Part shown: positions 9,235 to 17,900 of the stretch, one piece after another
How the letters are laid out: every line of letters begins with the position of its first letter
How positions within the stretch are numbered: position 1 is the first letter of the stretch
Assembly (NCBI GenBank): GCA_017447865.1
Contig: JAFSMO010000059.1
Coordinates: forward strand, 44,544 to 108,543
Reading direction: 5' to 3'
DNA: 64,000 bases
Origin: Thermoguttaceae bacterium
GTDB taxonomy: Bacteria > Planctomycetota > Planctomycetia > Pirellulales > Thermoguttaceae
Position numbers and translations under genes: made by a program
Notes under the pieces: generated by a model
What the model was told of the DNA's origin: nothing
The model's input: the letters and a program-made list of their open reading frames with translations, nothing else
Database searches by the model: none

Positions 9235-9707
9235 AGCGCATTCGTATGGAATCGCTGGATCGTAAGAAAACACTTCTGCGCTTCTTCTTCATCGCGAAAA
9301 AACAAAACAAGCCCGAGCTTTTTCCCATTCTCTTTGGTGATTTTTATTCTCGCACAAGTAAATGTCCTGGTGTCCGTTTCGTAATTGATTTCAGAAATTT
9401 CTTTCCATGAAAGATCGGGCTTCATTTTATTACACCGAATGCCCTTTTGACTCACAAACAGTTCAATCGGAGGAAATTCCAATTTAACCATCCCTAAGTA
9501 CGCGAGAAGGTTAAGCACCACCAGCAGGAGCACCGCTCCGATTGTCGCCCACTTGTCGCCCCGATCCATGCAAATATTTGTAATGAATCCAACATACAGC
9601 CAAATAAGAAGCGCCTGAACCACCACTGCCAATATTACACGTTCGCGATGGCCACAAGTTGACTTGAAGCAAACTTCCTGATGCTCCTGGTCCGTTTGTG
9701 AACTCAT
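9213..9707 (-). CDS. Small two-TM membrane protein with a PH-like C-terminal domain, function unknown
   Basis: The 164-aa protein has two hydrophobic helices (ILAVVVQALLIWLYVGFI, IGAVLLLVVLNLLAYLGMV). It is visibly AT-richer than its neighbours: I counted about 43% GC over one 60-nt line. Confidence 0.5.
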   Translation of the reverse strand: MSSQTDQEHQEVCFKSTCGHRERVILAVVVQALLIWLYVGFITNICMDRGDKWATIGAVLLLVVLNLLAYLGMVKLEFPPIELFVSQKGIRCNKMKPDLSWKEISEINYETDTRTFTCARIKITKENGKKLGLVLFFRDEEEAQKCFLTIQRFHTNALSGQEQA

Positions 9708-9716
9708 GCCAGCCCC

Positions 9717-11171
9717 TCACTGATCCCGCTCACACGGGCGCTCGGTCGAGAGGATCCAGCTGCCGCTCTCGTTCATGCGCACGTCTTCTTCGGGAATCCC
9801 AAGCTCGCGGGAGAGGATCCGGATGATCCTCGGCTGGCAGAAACCACCCTGGCACTTTCCCATTCCCGGGCGAACGCGACGCTTGACGCCGCGGATCGTC
9901 GTCGCGCCGCATTTCCGATGGATGCAGTCCAGCACTTCCCCCTCGGAGATCTTCTCGCAGCGGCAGATGATGTTCCCAAATTTCGGGTCCTTGCGCACCA
10001 GTTCCTCGCGTTCCTCCGGCGTCATCCGGTTCAGACGCACCACCGGCCGGCGGCGCGGGTTGAAGTCCGGCTTCTTTTCCATCTTCAGCGTGTTGGAAGC
10101 CATTTTGACCACCTCAAGCGCGATCGCCGGGCAGGACGTCAGCCCCGGAGACTGGATCCCGACCAGATTCACAAAGCCCGGAAGCGATTCCTCGATGATG
10201 AAGTGCCCGCTCTTTTCCACGGCACGCAGGCCGGAAAATTCGCGAATGACCTGGTTCATCGGGATCGTCGGCACGAGTTTCCGTGCCGTGGCGAGGACCT
10301 GCGCAAGCGTTTCGGCGCTCGTCGAGTAGTCGTCTTTCCGTTCCACAAATTCGGCAGAAGGCCCCAGAATGTAATTCCCGTGCGTGGTGGGGCTCACGAG
10401 GATCCCCTTTCCTTTCGAGGACGGAACGGTAAAAATCGTGTGCCGGATGAAGTTCGGGTCGAAATGGTCCAGCACGAAGTATTCCCCCTTGCGCGGACGG
10501 ATCTCGAACTTCGTATCGGGATTCACCAGATTATTGATCTCGTCCGAGTGCAGCCCCGCCGCGTTGACCACGACCCGGGCCTGATAAACGCCGCGGTTCG
10601 TCGTGACTTCGTACCCGCCGCCGTCAAGCGCACGCAGCCCGGTCACGCCCTCGTTCAGGCGGAGCTGGACGCCGTTTTCCATGGCGTTTTCCATCAAAGC
10701 CACGCTCAGCTCGAACGGGTTCACGATCCCCGCCGTGGGGGCGAGAAGCGCGAGTTTCACCTCGGGGGTGAGATTCGGCTCAATGGCGAGCGTCTGGTCG
10801 TGGTCGAGCATCTCGACCGGCACGCCGTTTTTCCGGCCGCGCTCTTCCAGCTCGCGCAGGATTTCAACCTCCTCGTCGTTGGTGGCGATGGTGAGCGACC
10901 CGATCTTGCGCATGTCGATGTCGAGCTCCTCGCACATCTGGTCGTAGAGCTTGTTCCCCAGGACGTTCATCACGGCCTTCTCGCTGCCCGGGATCGGGTC
11001 GTAGCCGGAATGAATGATCGCCGAGTTGGCGGAAGACGTGACCTGGCCGACGTCGCTTTCTTTTTCGAGGACCAGAATGTCGAGCTGGTAACGGGCCAGT
11101 TCCCGGGCGGCGGCCGAGCCGATGGCTCCCGCGCCGATGATGATGAGGTCGTGCATGGTTTCAGGATTCAA
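9717..11171 (-). CDS. FAD-dependent oxidoreductase (GlpA/LhgO-like) with a C-terminal BFD-like [2Fe-2S] domain
   Basis: It has the N-terminal Rossmann motif DLIIIGAGAIGSAAARELA and a C-terminal Cys cluster (CRCEKISEGEVLDC ... GKCQGGFC). Confidence 0.8.
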   Translation of the reverse strand: MNPETMHDLIIIGAGAIGSAAARELARYQLDILVLEKESDVGQVTSSANSAIIHSGYDPIPGSEKAVMNVLGNKLYDQMCEELDIDMRKIGSLTIATNDEEVEILRELEERGRKNGVPVEMLDHDQTLAIEPNLTPEVKLALLAPTAGIVNPFELSVALMENAMENGVQLRLNEGVTGLRALDGGGYEVTTNRGVYQARVVVNAAGLHSDEINNLVNPDTKFEIRPRKGEYFVLDHFDPNFIRHTIFTVPSSKGKGILVSPTTHGNYILGPSAEFVERKDDYSTSAETLAQVLATARKLVPTIPMNQVIREFSGLRAVEKSGHFIIEESLPGFVNLVGIQSPGLTSCPAIALEVVKMASNTLKMEKKPDFNPRRRPVVRLNRMTPEEREELVRKDPKFGNIICRCEKISEGEVLDCIHRKCGATTIRGVKRRVRPGMGKCQGGFCQPRIIRILSRELGIPEEDVRMNESGSWILSTERPCERDQ

Positions 11172-11177
11172 AAAAAG

Positions 11178-11280
11178 GCGAGCGGGGTCAGTAATGACCC
11201 CGTAAGAATCGGAGGGCAGGCGTCCCGCCGGTCAAGTTAATTACGTGGAAAATTACGGGGTCATCACTGACCCCGCTCGC
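11178..11280. repeat. 28-bp inverted repeat pair separated by 47 bp
   Basis: GCGAGCGGGGTCAGTAATGACCCCGTAA (11178..11205) and TTACGGGGTCATCACTGACCCCGCTCGC (11253..11280) are reverse complements with 1 mismatch. Each arm also contains its own palindrome (GGGGTCA-n4-TGACCCC). Confidence 0.85.
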
Positions 11281-11347
11281 ATGTGAAAGATTGGGGTTTT
11301 GCGGCCGGGCCGGCCGCGGACGGCGAGCCGCCGTCCCTCCGGATAAT

Positions 11348-11857
11348 TCACAGCACAAGCGACGGGGCCGAATAAACGCGGGCCTTCAGCTCGGCGTTCA
11401 GCATGTAAAGCCCCTTCGAGTCGGCGCCGAACAGTTCCATCTTCGTGATCATGTCGGCAGCGTTCTTTTCTTCTTCGCCCTGCTCCTTCACGAACCAGTC
11501 GAGAAGCTGCATCGTGCGGAAGTCGTGGACCTCGTACGCGGCGGCATAGATCCCGTTGATCAGCGACGTGACGAATTTCTCATGCTCGAACCCGGCCTTG
11601 AGCGGGTCCATGCTGTTCGTGAGCGTGCACTCCGGCTTGCGGATCGCCTCGAAGGTGATCTTCTCGCCGTTGTTCTGCAGGTACTGGTAGAAGAGCATCG
11701 CGTGATCGCGCTCTTCCATCGCCTGGATCCGGTACCAGTTCTCGAAGCCGTCCAGCCCGATCGAGCCGTAGTAATTGGCGAATTCCAGGTACAGGTACGC
11801 GGAATAAAATTCGTGGTTGATCTGTTCGTTGATGAGTTTTGCGACGTTGGCGTCCAT
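11348..11857 (-). CDS. Non-heme ferritin
   Basis: Ferroxidase-centre motifs are present (EQINHEFYSAYLYLEFANYY, QAMEERDHA). The length is 169 aa, and a GGAG Shine-Dalgarno sits upstream. Confidence 0.9.
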   Translation of the reverse strand: MDANVAKLINEQINHEFYSAYLYLEFANYYGSIGLDGFENWYRIQAMEERDHAMLFYQYLQNNGEKITFEAIRKPECTLTNSMDPLKAGFEHEKFVTSLINGIYAAAYEVHDFRTMQLLDWFVKEQGEEEKNAADMITKMELFGADSKGLYMLNAELKARVYSAPSLVL

Positions 11858-12027
11858 AAAATTCTCCTCTATTTAAAAGGTACGGGTTGAACATTTTTAT
11901 TAAGTGTAACCCTTTCTCAACCGTTTGTCAAGGGCCGGGAGGTACACAGTGCCGCAAATTTTCCGAAAATGCAAAGGAAAAATCGCCAAAAATTTTCACT
12001 TTTTTTCAAAAAAACCGAACCCCCCTG

Positions 12028-12056
12028 CTGACAAAACGTAAAAAATCTGGTATAAT
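12028..12056 (+). promoter_or_regulatory. Candidate sigma70-type promoter for the DUF1559 gene
   Basis: CTGACA (12028..12033) is followed by a 17-nt spacer and TATAAT (12051..12056), with an extended TG (TGGTATAAT). This would give a leader of about 150 nt. Confidence 0.45.
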
Positions 12057-12215
12057 ACGTAAGATAGGTTTCCAAATTTGACTAATAATTTTTAAAAATC
12101 CTGATTTTATCCAACCGGGGTTGAACCCAATATCAGATTCCTGCGTATGACTACCAGGTAACTCTGTTTAAACGTAGTTAAAATTGGGGAATTGAAAAAC
12201 ACAGGAGATTGAACG

Positions 12216-13277
12216 ATGAAAAAATTCGTCAAACGGCCGGCTTTCACACTGGTCGAACTTTTGGTCGTCATCGCCATCATTGGTATGCTGGTTGGTCTGC
12301 TCCTTCCGGCTATTCAGATGGCCCGTCGTACCGCCATGCGTATGCAGTGCGATAACAAAGTGAAACAGCTCACGCTGGCTGCGAACACCTTCGAAAGCTC
12401 GAAGAAACGTCTGCCCCCGGTCGGCCGCGCCCCTGGAGGCACCTCCTATGATGGAGTCAGCGGTTTCGTCCTCCTTCTCCCGTACATTGAACAGGATGCC
12501 CAGTACCAGCAGGTTAAAAATGACGTAAACAAGACCATGGCGTCAGCTTGTCAGTCAAGCCAGTTCTTGGATCTGGCGAGAACCTCTCTGCCGGCGTTCC
12601 GCTGCCCGGGTACTTCCACGAATCCGACCACAGATGAAGGCAGCTCGAGTGCTCCTGCAATTTCTAACTATAAATTTGTCGTGGCCTCGTTGTATGACCT
12701 TAACAGAGCTGCCGTACAAGGTGGTACAGGTCGGGGTTACGGCAGCGTGACCACGGCTGACGGAGCTTCCACGTACGCGAATAAAGGACGTACTTTGGGC
12801 GAGATCACCGACGGTACTTCCCACACGCTGCACATCACGGAATCGAATGAGCAGCACTACGCTCGTTGGGTCGTTGGTCAGGACTCCGGTATTTACACCT
12901 ACTGCACCAAGGGTGGAATTAGCGAGCCTGTTCTGCAGGGCACGAACAACTTCTATGCTCCGTCGGGATTCCAGCAGAACGAGCTGGGTGCGGATGCCTC
13001 CTACGCTGACAATACCCCGTGGACGAACCTGGATCGTGACTACACCCAGTCCCAGTACGAGTATGAATGGTCCTCGCTTTCCCAGAGTGGTGCCAGTACT
13101 TTGACTCTTGGCAGCACCTCCGATACGAAGTACGGCCCGAGCTCCGAGCACTCCGGCGTCGTGGTCCACTCCTTCATCGACGGTTCGGTGCATGACATCG
13201 ACATCGAAATCGACCCGGCGGTCTATTTCTTCGCCACGACCTACAAAGGCGGCGACCCGGGACTCGATGTTGAATGA
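12216..13277 (+). CDS. DUF1559 / H-X9-DG protein with a prepilin-type N-terminal methylation domain
   Basis: The N-terminus is FTLVELLVVIAIIGMLVGLLLPAIQ. The C-terminal HSGVVVHSFIDGSVH fits H-X9-DG. Position -1 of the prepilin site is Ala rather than Gly. This family is typical of Planctomycetota. Confidence 0.9.
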   Translation: MKKFVKRPAFTLVELLVVIAIIGMLVGLLLPAIQMARRTAMRMQCDNKVKQLTLAANTFESSKKRLPPVGRAPGGTSYDGVSGFVLLLPYIEQDAQYQQVKNDVNKTMASACQSSQFLDLARTSLPAFRCPGTSTNPTTDEGSSSAPAISNYKFVVASLYDLNRAAVQGGTGRGYGSVTTADGASTYANKGRTLGEITDGTSHTLHITESNEQHYARWVVGQDSGIYTYCTKGGISEPVLQGTNNFYAPSGFQQNELGADASYADNTPWTNLDRDYTQSQYEYEWSSLSQSGASTLTLGSTSDTKYGPSSEHSGVVVHSFIDGSVHDIDIEIDPAVYFFATTYKGGDPGLDVE

Positions 13278-13319
13278 TCTGAGTAACCGTTTGGGGTAAC
13301 ACCCGGACACAAATTTCAC

Positions 13320-13356
13320 AGAGCTGAGAGGTTTTAGGCCTTTCAGCTCTTTTTTG
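13320..13356 (+). terminator. Rho-independent terminator after the DUF1559 gene
   Basis: AGAGCTGAGAGG-ttttagg-CCTTTCAGCTCT forms a 12-bp stem with one G-U pair, followed by TTTTTG. Confidence 0.75.
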
Positions 13357-13494
13357 TTTTTAAAGCCTCCCCTGAAAGGGGAGGGGGACCGCCGAAGGTG
13401 GTGGAGGGGTTCCAAACAAAGGACGGATTTTCCCCAACTTCGGAACCCCTCCGGCGCTGCGCGCCACCTCCCCATGCAGGGGAGGCTTTAAAAA
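13357..13494. repeat. Palindromic MITE/REP-like intergenic element of about 138 nt
   Basis: The terminal inverted repeats are TTTTAAAGCCTCCCCTG and CAGGGGAGGCTTTAAAA. Each end also forms a local CCTCCCC-loop-GGGGAGG hairpin. There is additional inner pairing between GGAGGGGTTCC and GGAACCCCTCC. Confidence 0.6.
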
Positions 13495-13537
13495 GCAAAA
13501 AATACTACATTTTTTCTCTTTTTTCCCCCGTACCCCT

Positions 13538-13564
13538 TTGCATTTCAGAAAATTCTGTTAAAAT
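13538..13564 (+). promoter_or_regulatory. Weak candidate promoter for glgC
   Basis: TTGCAT is followed by a 15-nt spacer and TAAAAT, preceded by TGT. The spacer is short. Confidence 0.25.
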
Positions 13565-13613
13565 TTAATAAGGAAATTTTAGGGACCTTGCAAATTATAC
13601 GAAAGGATTCAAG

Positions 13614-14897
13614 ATGGATAAAGTACTGGCACTGATTCTCGGCGGCGGCCGCGGCACACGTTTGTATCCGCTCACGAAAGTACGTTCCAAGCCCGCCGTG
13701 CCTGTGGCGGGCAAATACCGTCTCATCGACATTCCACTCTCCAACTGCATTAACAGCGACATTTTGAAGGTTTATGTCCTCACCCAGTTCAACTCCATGA
13801 GCCTTCACCGGCACATCCGCAGCGCGTACACGTTTGACAGTTACCGCCGCGGTTACATTGAGATCCTGGCCGCGGAGCAGACCATCGACAATCCGAACTG
13901 GTACGAAGGCACCGCGGACGCCGTGAAAAAAAGTCTTCGTTACGTCGAGAGCAGTAACGTGGATTACGTCATCATCCTTTCGGGCGACCAGCTTTACAGG
14001 ATGGATTTCCGCGAAATGCTGAAAATTCACAAGGAGTCCGGAGCGGACGCGACGATAGCCTCGATCCCGGTCCGTGCGAAAGACACCGTGGGGCTCGGCA
14101 TTATGCGCGTTGATCCTGAAACGGGACAAGTGGGCGGTTTTCTCGAAAAACCCAAAAACGCGGATGAACTCAAGGGTTTTGAGACCGATCCCGAATGGCT
14201 CAACTCGCAAGGCATCAAGGCCAAAGGGCGGGACTACCTCGCGAGCATGGGCATTTACGTTTTCAATAAAAGCATGCTCACTCACGTCCTGAGCAAAACC
14301 GGGTACAAAGACTTCGGCAAAGAAGTCTTCCCCGCTCTGATCCACAGCAAAAAAGTGCACACGTACGTTTACGACGGCTACTGGGAAGACATCGGAACGA
14401 TCCGGTCTTTCTTCGAAGCGAATTTGAGCCTGGCGAAGCCGAACCCGCCGTTTAAAATGTTCGAGCCGACCGCTCCGATCTACACGAACGCCCGTTTTCT
14501 GCCTTCCACGACGATCACCGGCGCGACGGTTTCCGACTCGCTCATCGCGGACGGCTGCCACATCGGGCGCGGCGCGGTGATTGAAAACTCGGTCATTGGT
14601 GTGCGCTGCCAGATCGGCGAAAACGTGACGATCCGGAACTGCGTCATCATGGGCGCCGACTTTTACGACCACGAGGCGGAAGATTCGGACGCGGGGAACC
14701 CCATCCCGCTGGGGATCGGAACCGGGTCGTACATCGAAAACGCCATCATCGATAAAAACTGCCGCATTGGCAAGAACGTGCGGATTCTGAACACCAACCA
14801 CCTCGAAAATATGGCGGAAAACGAGTACTGCCAAATCGTAGACGGGATCGTCGTCGTGCAGAAAGGCAACTGCATCCCGAACGGCTGGGTGATGTAA
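13614..14897 (+). CDS. glgC: Glucose-1-phosphate adenylyltransferase
   Basis: The N-terminal LILGGGRGTRLYPLTKVRSKPAVPVAGKYRLIDIPLSNCINS matches the family, and a C-terminal left-handed beta-helix region is present. The length is 427 aa. Confidence 0.95.
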   Translation: MDKVLALILGGGRGTRLYPLTKVRSKPAVPVAGKYRLIDIPLSNCINSDILKVYVLTQFNSMSLHRHIRSAYTFDSYRRGYIEILAAEQTIDNPNWYEGTADAVKKSLRYVESSNVDYVIILSGDQLYRMDFREMLKIHKESGADATIASIPVRAKDTVGLGIMRVDPETGQVGGFLEKPKNADELKGFETDPEWLNSQGIKAKGRDYLASMGIYVFNKSMLTHVLSKTGYKDFGKEVFPALIHSKKVHTYVYDGYWEDIGTIRSFFEANLSLAKPNPPFKMFEPTAPIYTNARFLPSTTITGATVSDSLIADGCHIGRGAVIENSVIGVRCQIGENVTIRNCVIMGADFYDHEAEDSDAGNPIPLGIGTGSYIENAIIDKNCRIGKNVRILNTNHLENMAENEYCQIVDGIVVVQKGNCIPNGWVM

Positions 14898-14958
14898 GAA
14901 CCCCTGATACAATATAATAAAGAAGAAAAACTTCCAACATTTATTTGAGGAAAAACCA

Positions 14959-17900
14959 ATGGCTAAATTGAATTTAATCCGTTTTGTGCTTTCTTTCTTT
15001 GCCGCTGCGGTTCTTCTGAGTGGCTGTATCAAGCCGCCGGTTGAAGATCGCAACGCGGAAATTTCAGACTCCGCCTCTTCTTCCGAAAAAACCGAAGCCG
15101 CTGCAACGGATTCCGAGGCCGCAAAAGTTGACTCCGCCGTGACGGACGCCGCGCAGGAATTGATCCCGGAAGCCCTTCGTGAGTTCACGACGCTCCCGAA
15201 AGACCGCTCGGCCAAATCGCTCGCCGCTTACATCGAGTCTCTGGACGGTCCGGAATTCCAGGCCGCCGCGATTTCCGTGATGCAGTCCCAGGACGAAAAC
15301 GCGAGAGCCGGTCTTCAGGTCGCCGCGCAGATCCTTCAGGAAAATAAAATGACGGCCGCCGACATGATCCTCGGCGCGGAAGACGCCACGGAGGACGAAT
15401 ACATGCAGGCCCTTTCCGTCCAGATGGAAAGCCAGATCATGAACGCCCAGCGGACGCAGGCTTCGCCGGAAAGTGTGAGTCTTCAGCTCAACACGCTGCG
15501 CGATAAAGTGGAAAAAGGGCGTTTCCCCAAACTCACCGAGCGTGTTGATTTGGTCAAAGGGTCGCTTGCCCTGATGGACAAAGCCGAGAAAATGGCGAAA
15601 GACGGCGAGCCGAAACCTGAAGAGTTGGACGCTTTCTACGACGAATACAACGCGCAGCTCGATAAAGTGCTGGCCCAGAAGCTCGACAGTCTGAACGTCT
15701 TCATGATGATGAACATCGCTCAGCTTTTCCAGACGGATTCCGCGAAAATGCTTCCGGTCTGCGAAAAAGTGCAGGCCGCGCTGGAGAAGAGTCCGGTGGA
15801 ATCGCTGAAATCGCTTTCCTCCGTGCTTCCGCAGCAGATCGAGGCCCTGAAAAAGGACGTTCAGCTTCAGGCCGTCACGCCGGAAGACGTGAAAGAAAAA
15901 GTCGCGAAATTCAAGGCCTTCCCCGAAGAAAAAACCCCGGCCAAACTGGCTGAGTACCTGAAACTCCTCGAAAGTGACGAATTCTACGAAACCATGCAGT
16001 CACTCCGTGAAGTACGCAAAGAGGAAGTCCAGAACACTCTGAACGAAGAATGGAAAGAAATCCAGAAAAACACGGAAGAGGCCGCAAAGGAAATTTGCAA
16101 GTCGGAAGACGCGACCGAAGAAGAATTCAAAACCGCTCTTGACTGGCGGCTGCGTCTCGTCATGGCCTATACCGCCGAGGAGGAAAAGCCCTCCTTCGCA
16201 CAGATGGAGGAACGTTACACCGTTCTGAAAGACGAACTGGAAAAGAGCAAATTCCCGCAGTTCGCGCCGCGTGCCGCCGTTTGTGCGCAGACCGCCGCGA
16301 TTCTGGAAAAGGCCGCCCCGATTTTTGAGGGCACCACCCAGCCCACGCCCGAACAGAAAGACGCGCTTTACCCGGATCTGCTCCAGCTCGCCGAGGACGC
16401 TGTGAAGGCTGACATGGTGGAAGGTCTTCCTCTGGAAGTACTCGCGCAGAGCGTTGGAATGTTCCAGGACGACAAAGAAAAGGCCAAGTCCATCCTCGAA
16501 ACGCTCATCAAGGGACTGGAAGGGAAAGAGGACGAAAACTCCAAAATGTTCTTGAACTCCCTGAAAATGCGCCTCCAGATGATCGAGAATCCGGAAATGG
16601 CCCAGGCGATGCAAAACGGCCAGAATCCGCAAGCCGCACAGACGCCCGCCCAGCCGGAACTCACCCCCGAGCAGATCGACGAGCTGAAAGCCAAACTCGA
16701 AGCCTTCGCGAAACTCCCGGAAGAAAAAACCGCCGCGGCCCTGGAAGCGTACGTCAATTCGGTCGATTCCCCGGAATTCCAGCAGACCGCCATGCCGCTC
16801 TTCCAGAAGCAGGACCCGGAACTTCAGTCCTGGCTGACGGAAACCATGACCAAATTGCAGGACACGGTAAAGGAAGCCCTCGGTCTTCTCTGCAAGGCGG
16901 AAGACGCGACGGAGGAGCAGTACAAAGACGCGCTTCGTTTCCGTCTTGACCTCATGCGGGCGGACAAAGCGCGCAAAAACATTGAGCCGGACTACGCCGC
17001 TCTGACCGAAGAAGTGAAAGCCGGCCGCTTCCCCGCGCTCGTTTCGCTCGTTGAGCTGGAATCGGCCACCAATTCCCTCATGGAAAAAGCCAGTACTCTG
17101 TTCAGCGGCGCCGAAGATCCGACGGCCGAGCAGAAAGACGAGCTTTACGCCGAGTTCCTCCCGTTCGTGGAAAAAGCCTGCGCCGCCGGCGAACTGAAAG
17201 GCCCGCAGCTTCAGGCCATCATGCAGCTCGCCTCGATCTTCTCCGACGACAATCAGAAGATGAAGGAGATCTGCGAAGCGCTCCTGAAGGGCCTGGAAGG
17301 AAAGGACGACCCGCAGTCCGAACAGCTGCGCGCTGTGCTTCAGAAGCAGCTCGACGACATCAAATTCGTGACCGAGCCGATGACGTTCACCGCACCGGAA
17401 GGAACGGATCTGAAGGGCCTGAAAGAATTGGTCTCGCAGAAAATGGAGATCATCATGCGGGCGGGCACGAAAGACCTTCCGACTGAAAAACTGGCCGAAT
17501 TCCTCGCCGCCGTGGAAAAATTCGGAAACGAGGATCTGACCGCCTACACCTCGTGGCAAATCGACTTGATCCACCTGATCCCGCTCATTCAGAGCGCGGA
17601 CTTCGACATCAATACGTTCAAGGAAAAATTCCTCGCCTGCGTGAAAACCGGCACGGAGAAAAACCTCTTTAATATTAATTGCCTCCAGATGTGCGTCCAG
17701 ATGGCCGCCATTTCGTCGCAAAAACCCGGCGTGAAATCCTCCGACGAAGGCAAAGCCGCGGTCGAGGAAATGCTCAACGCCATCCTGCCGGTCTGCGACT
17801 CGCTCGAAGTCACCGGCCGTGAAGAAGAGCTGAAAGGCCAGTTCCGCAAATCGATCGAAAGTTTCCTGAAGGAACTGAAAGAGGCGCCGGAAGAAGTCGC

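Noticed and set aside
13545-15215. A 556-aa minus-strand ORF over glgC. Similar antisense ORFs lie over EF-G (23680..24813), the oxidoreductase (9918..11240), the PEP-CTERM gene (29370..30617), the GntP gene (27228..28364), the dehydrogenase (35877..37139), the glycoside hydrolase (7008..9029) and the AsmA-like gene (60569..62956).
   Set aside because: In every case the opposite strand encodes a protein with clear family motifs. These ORFs show the shadow-frame composition described above.
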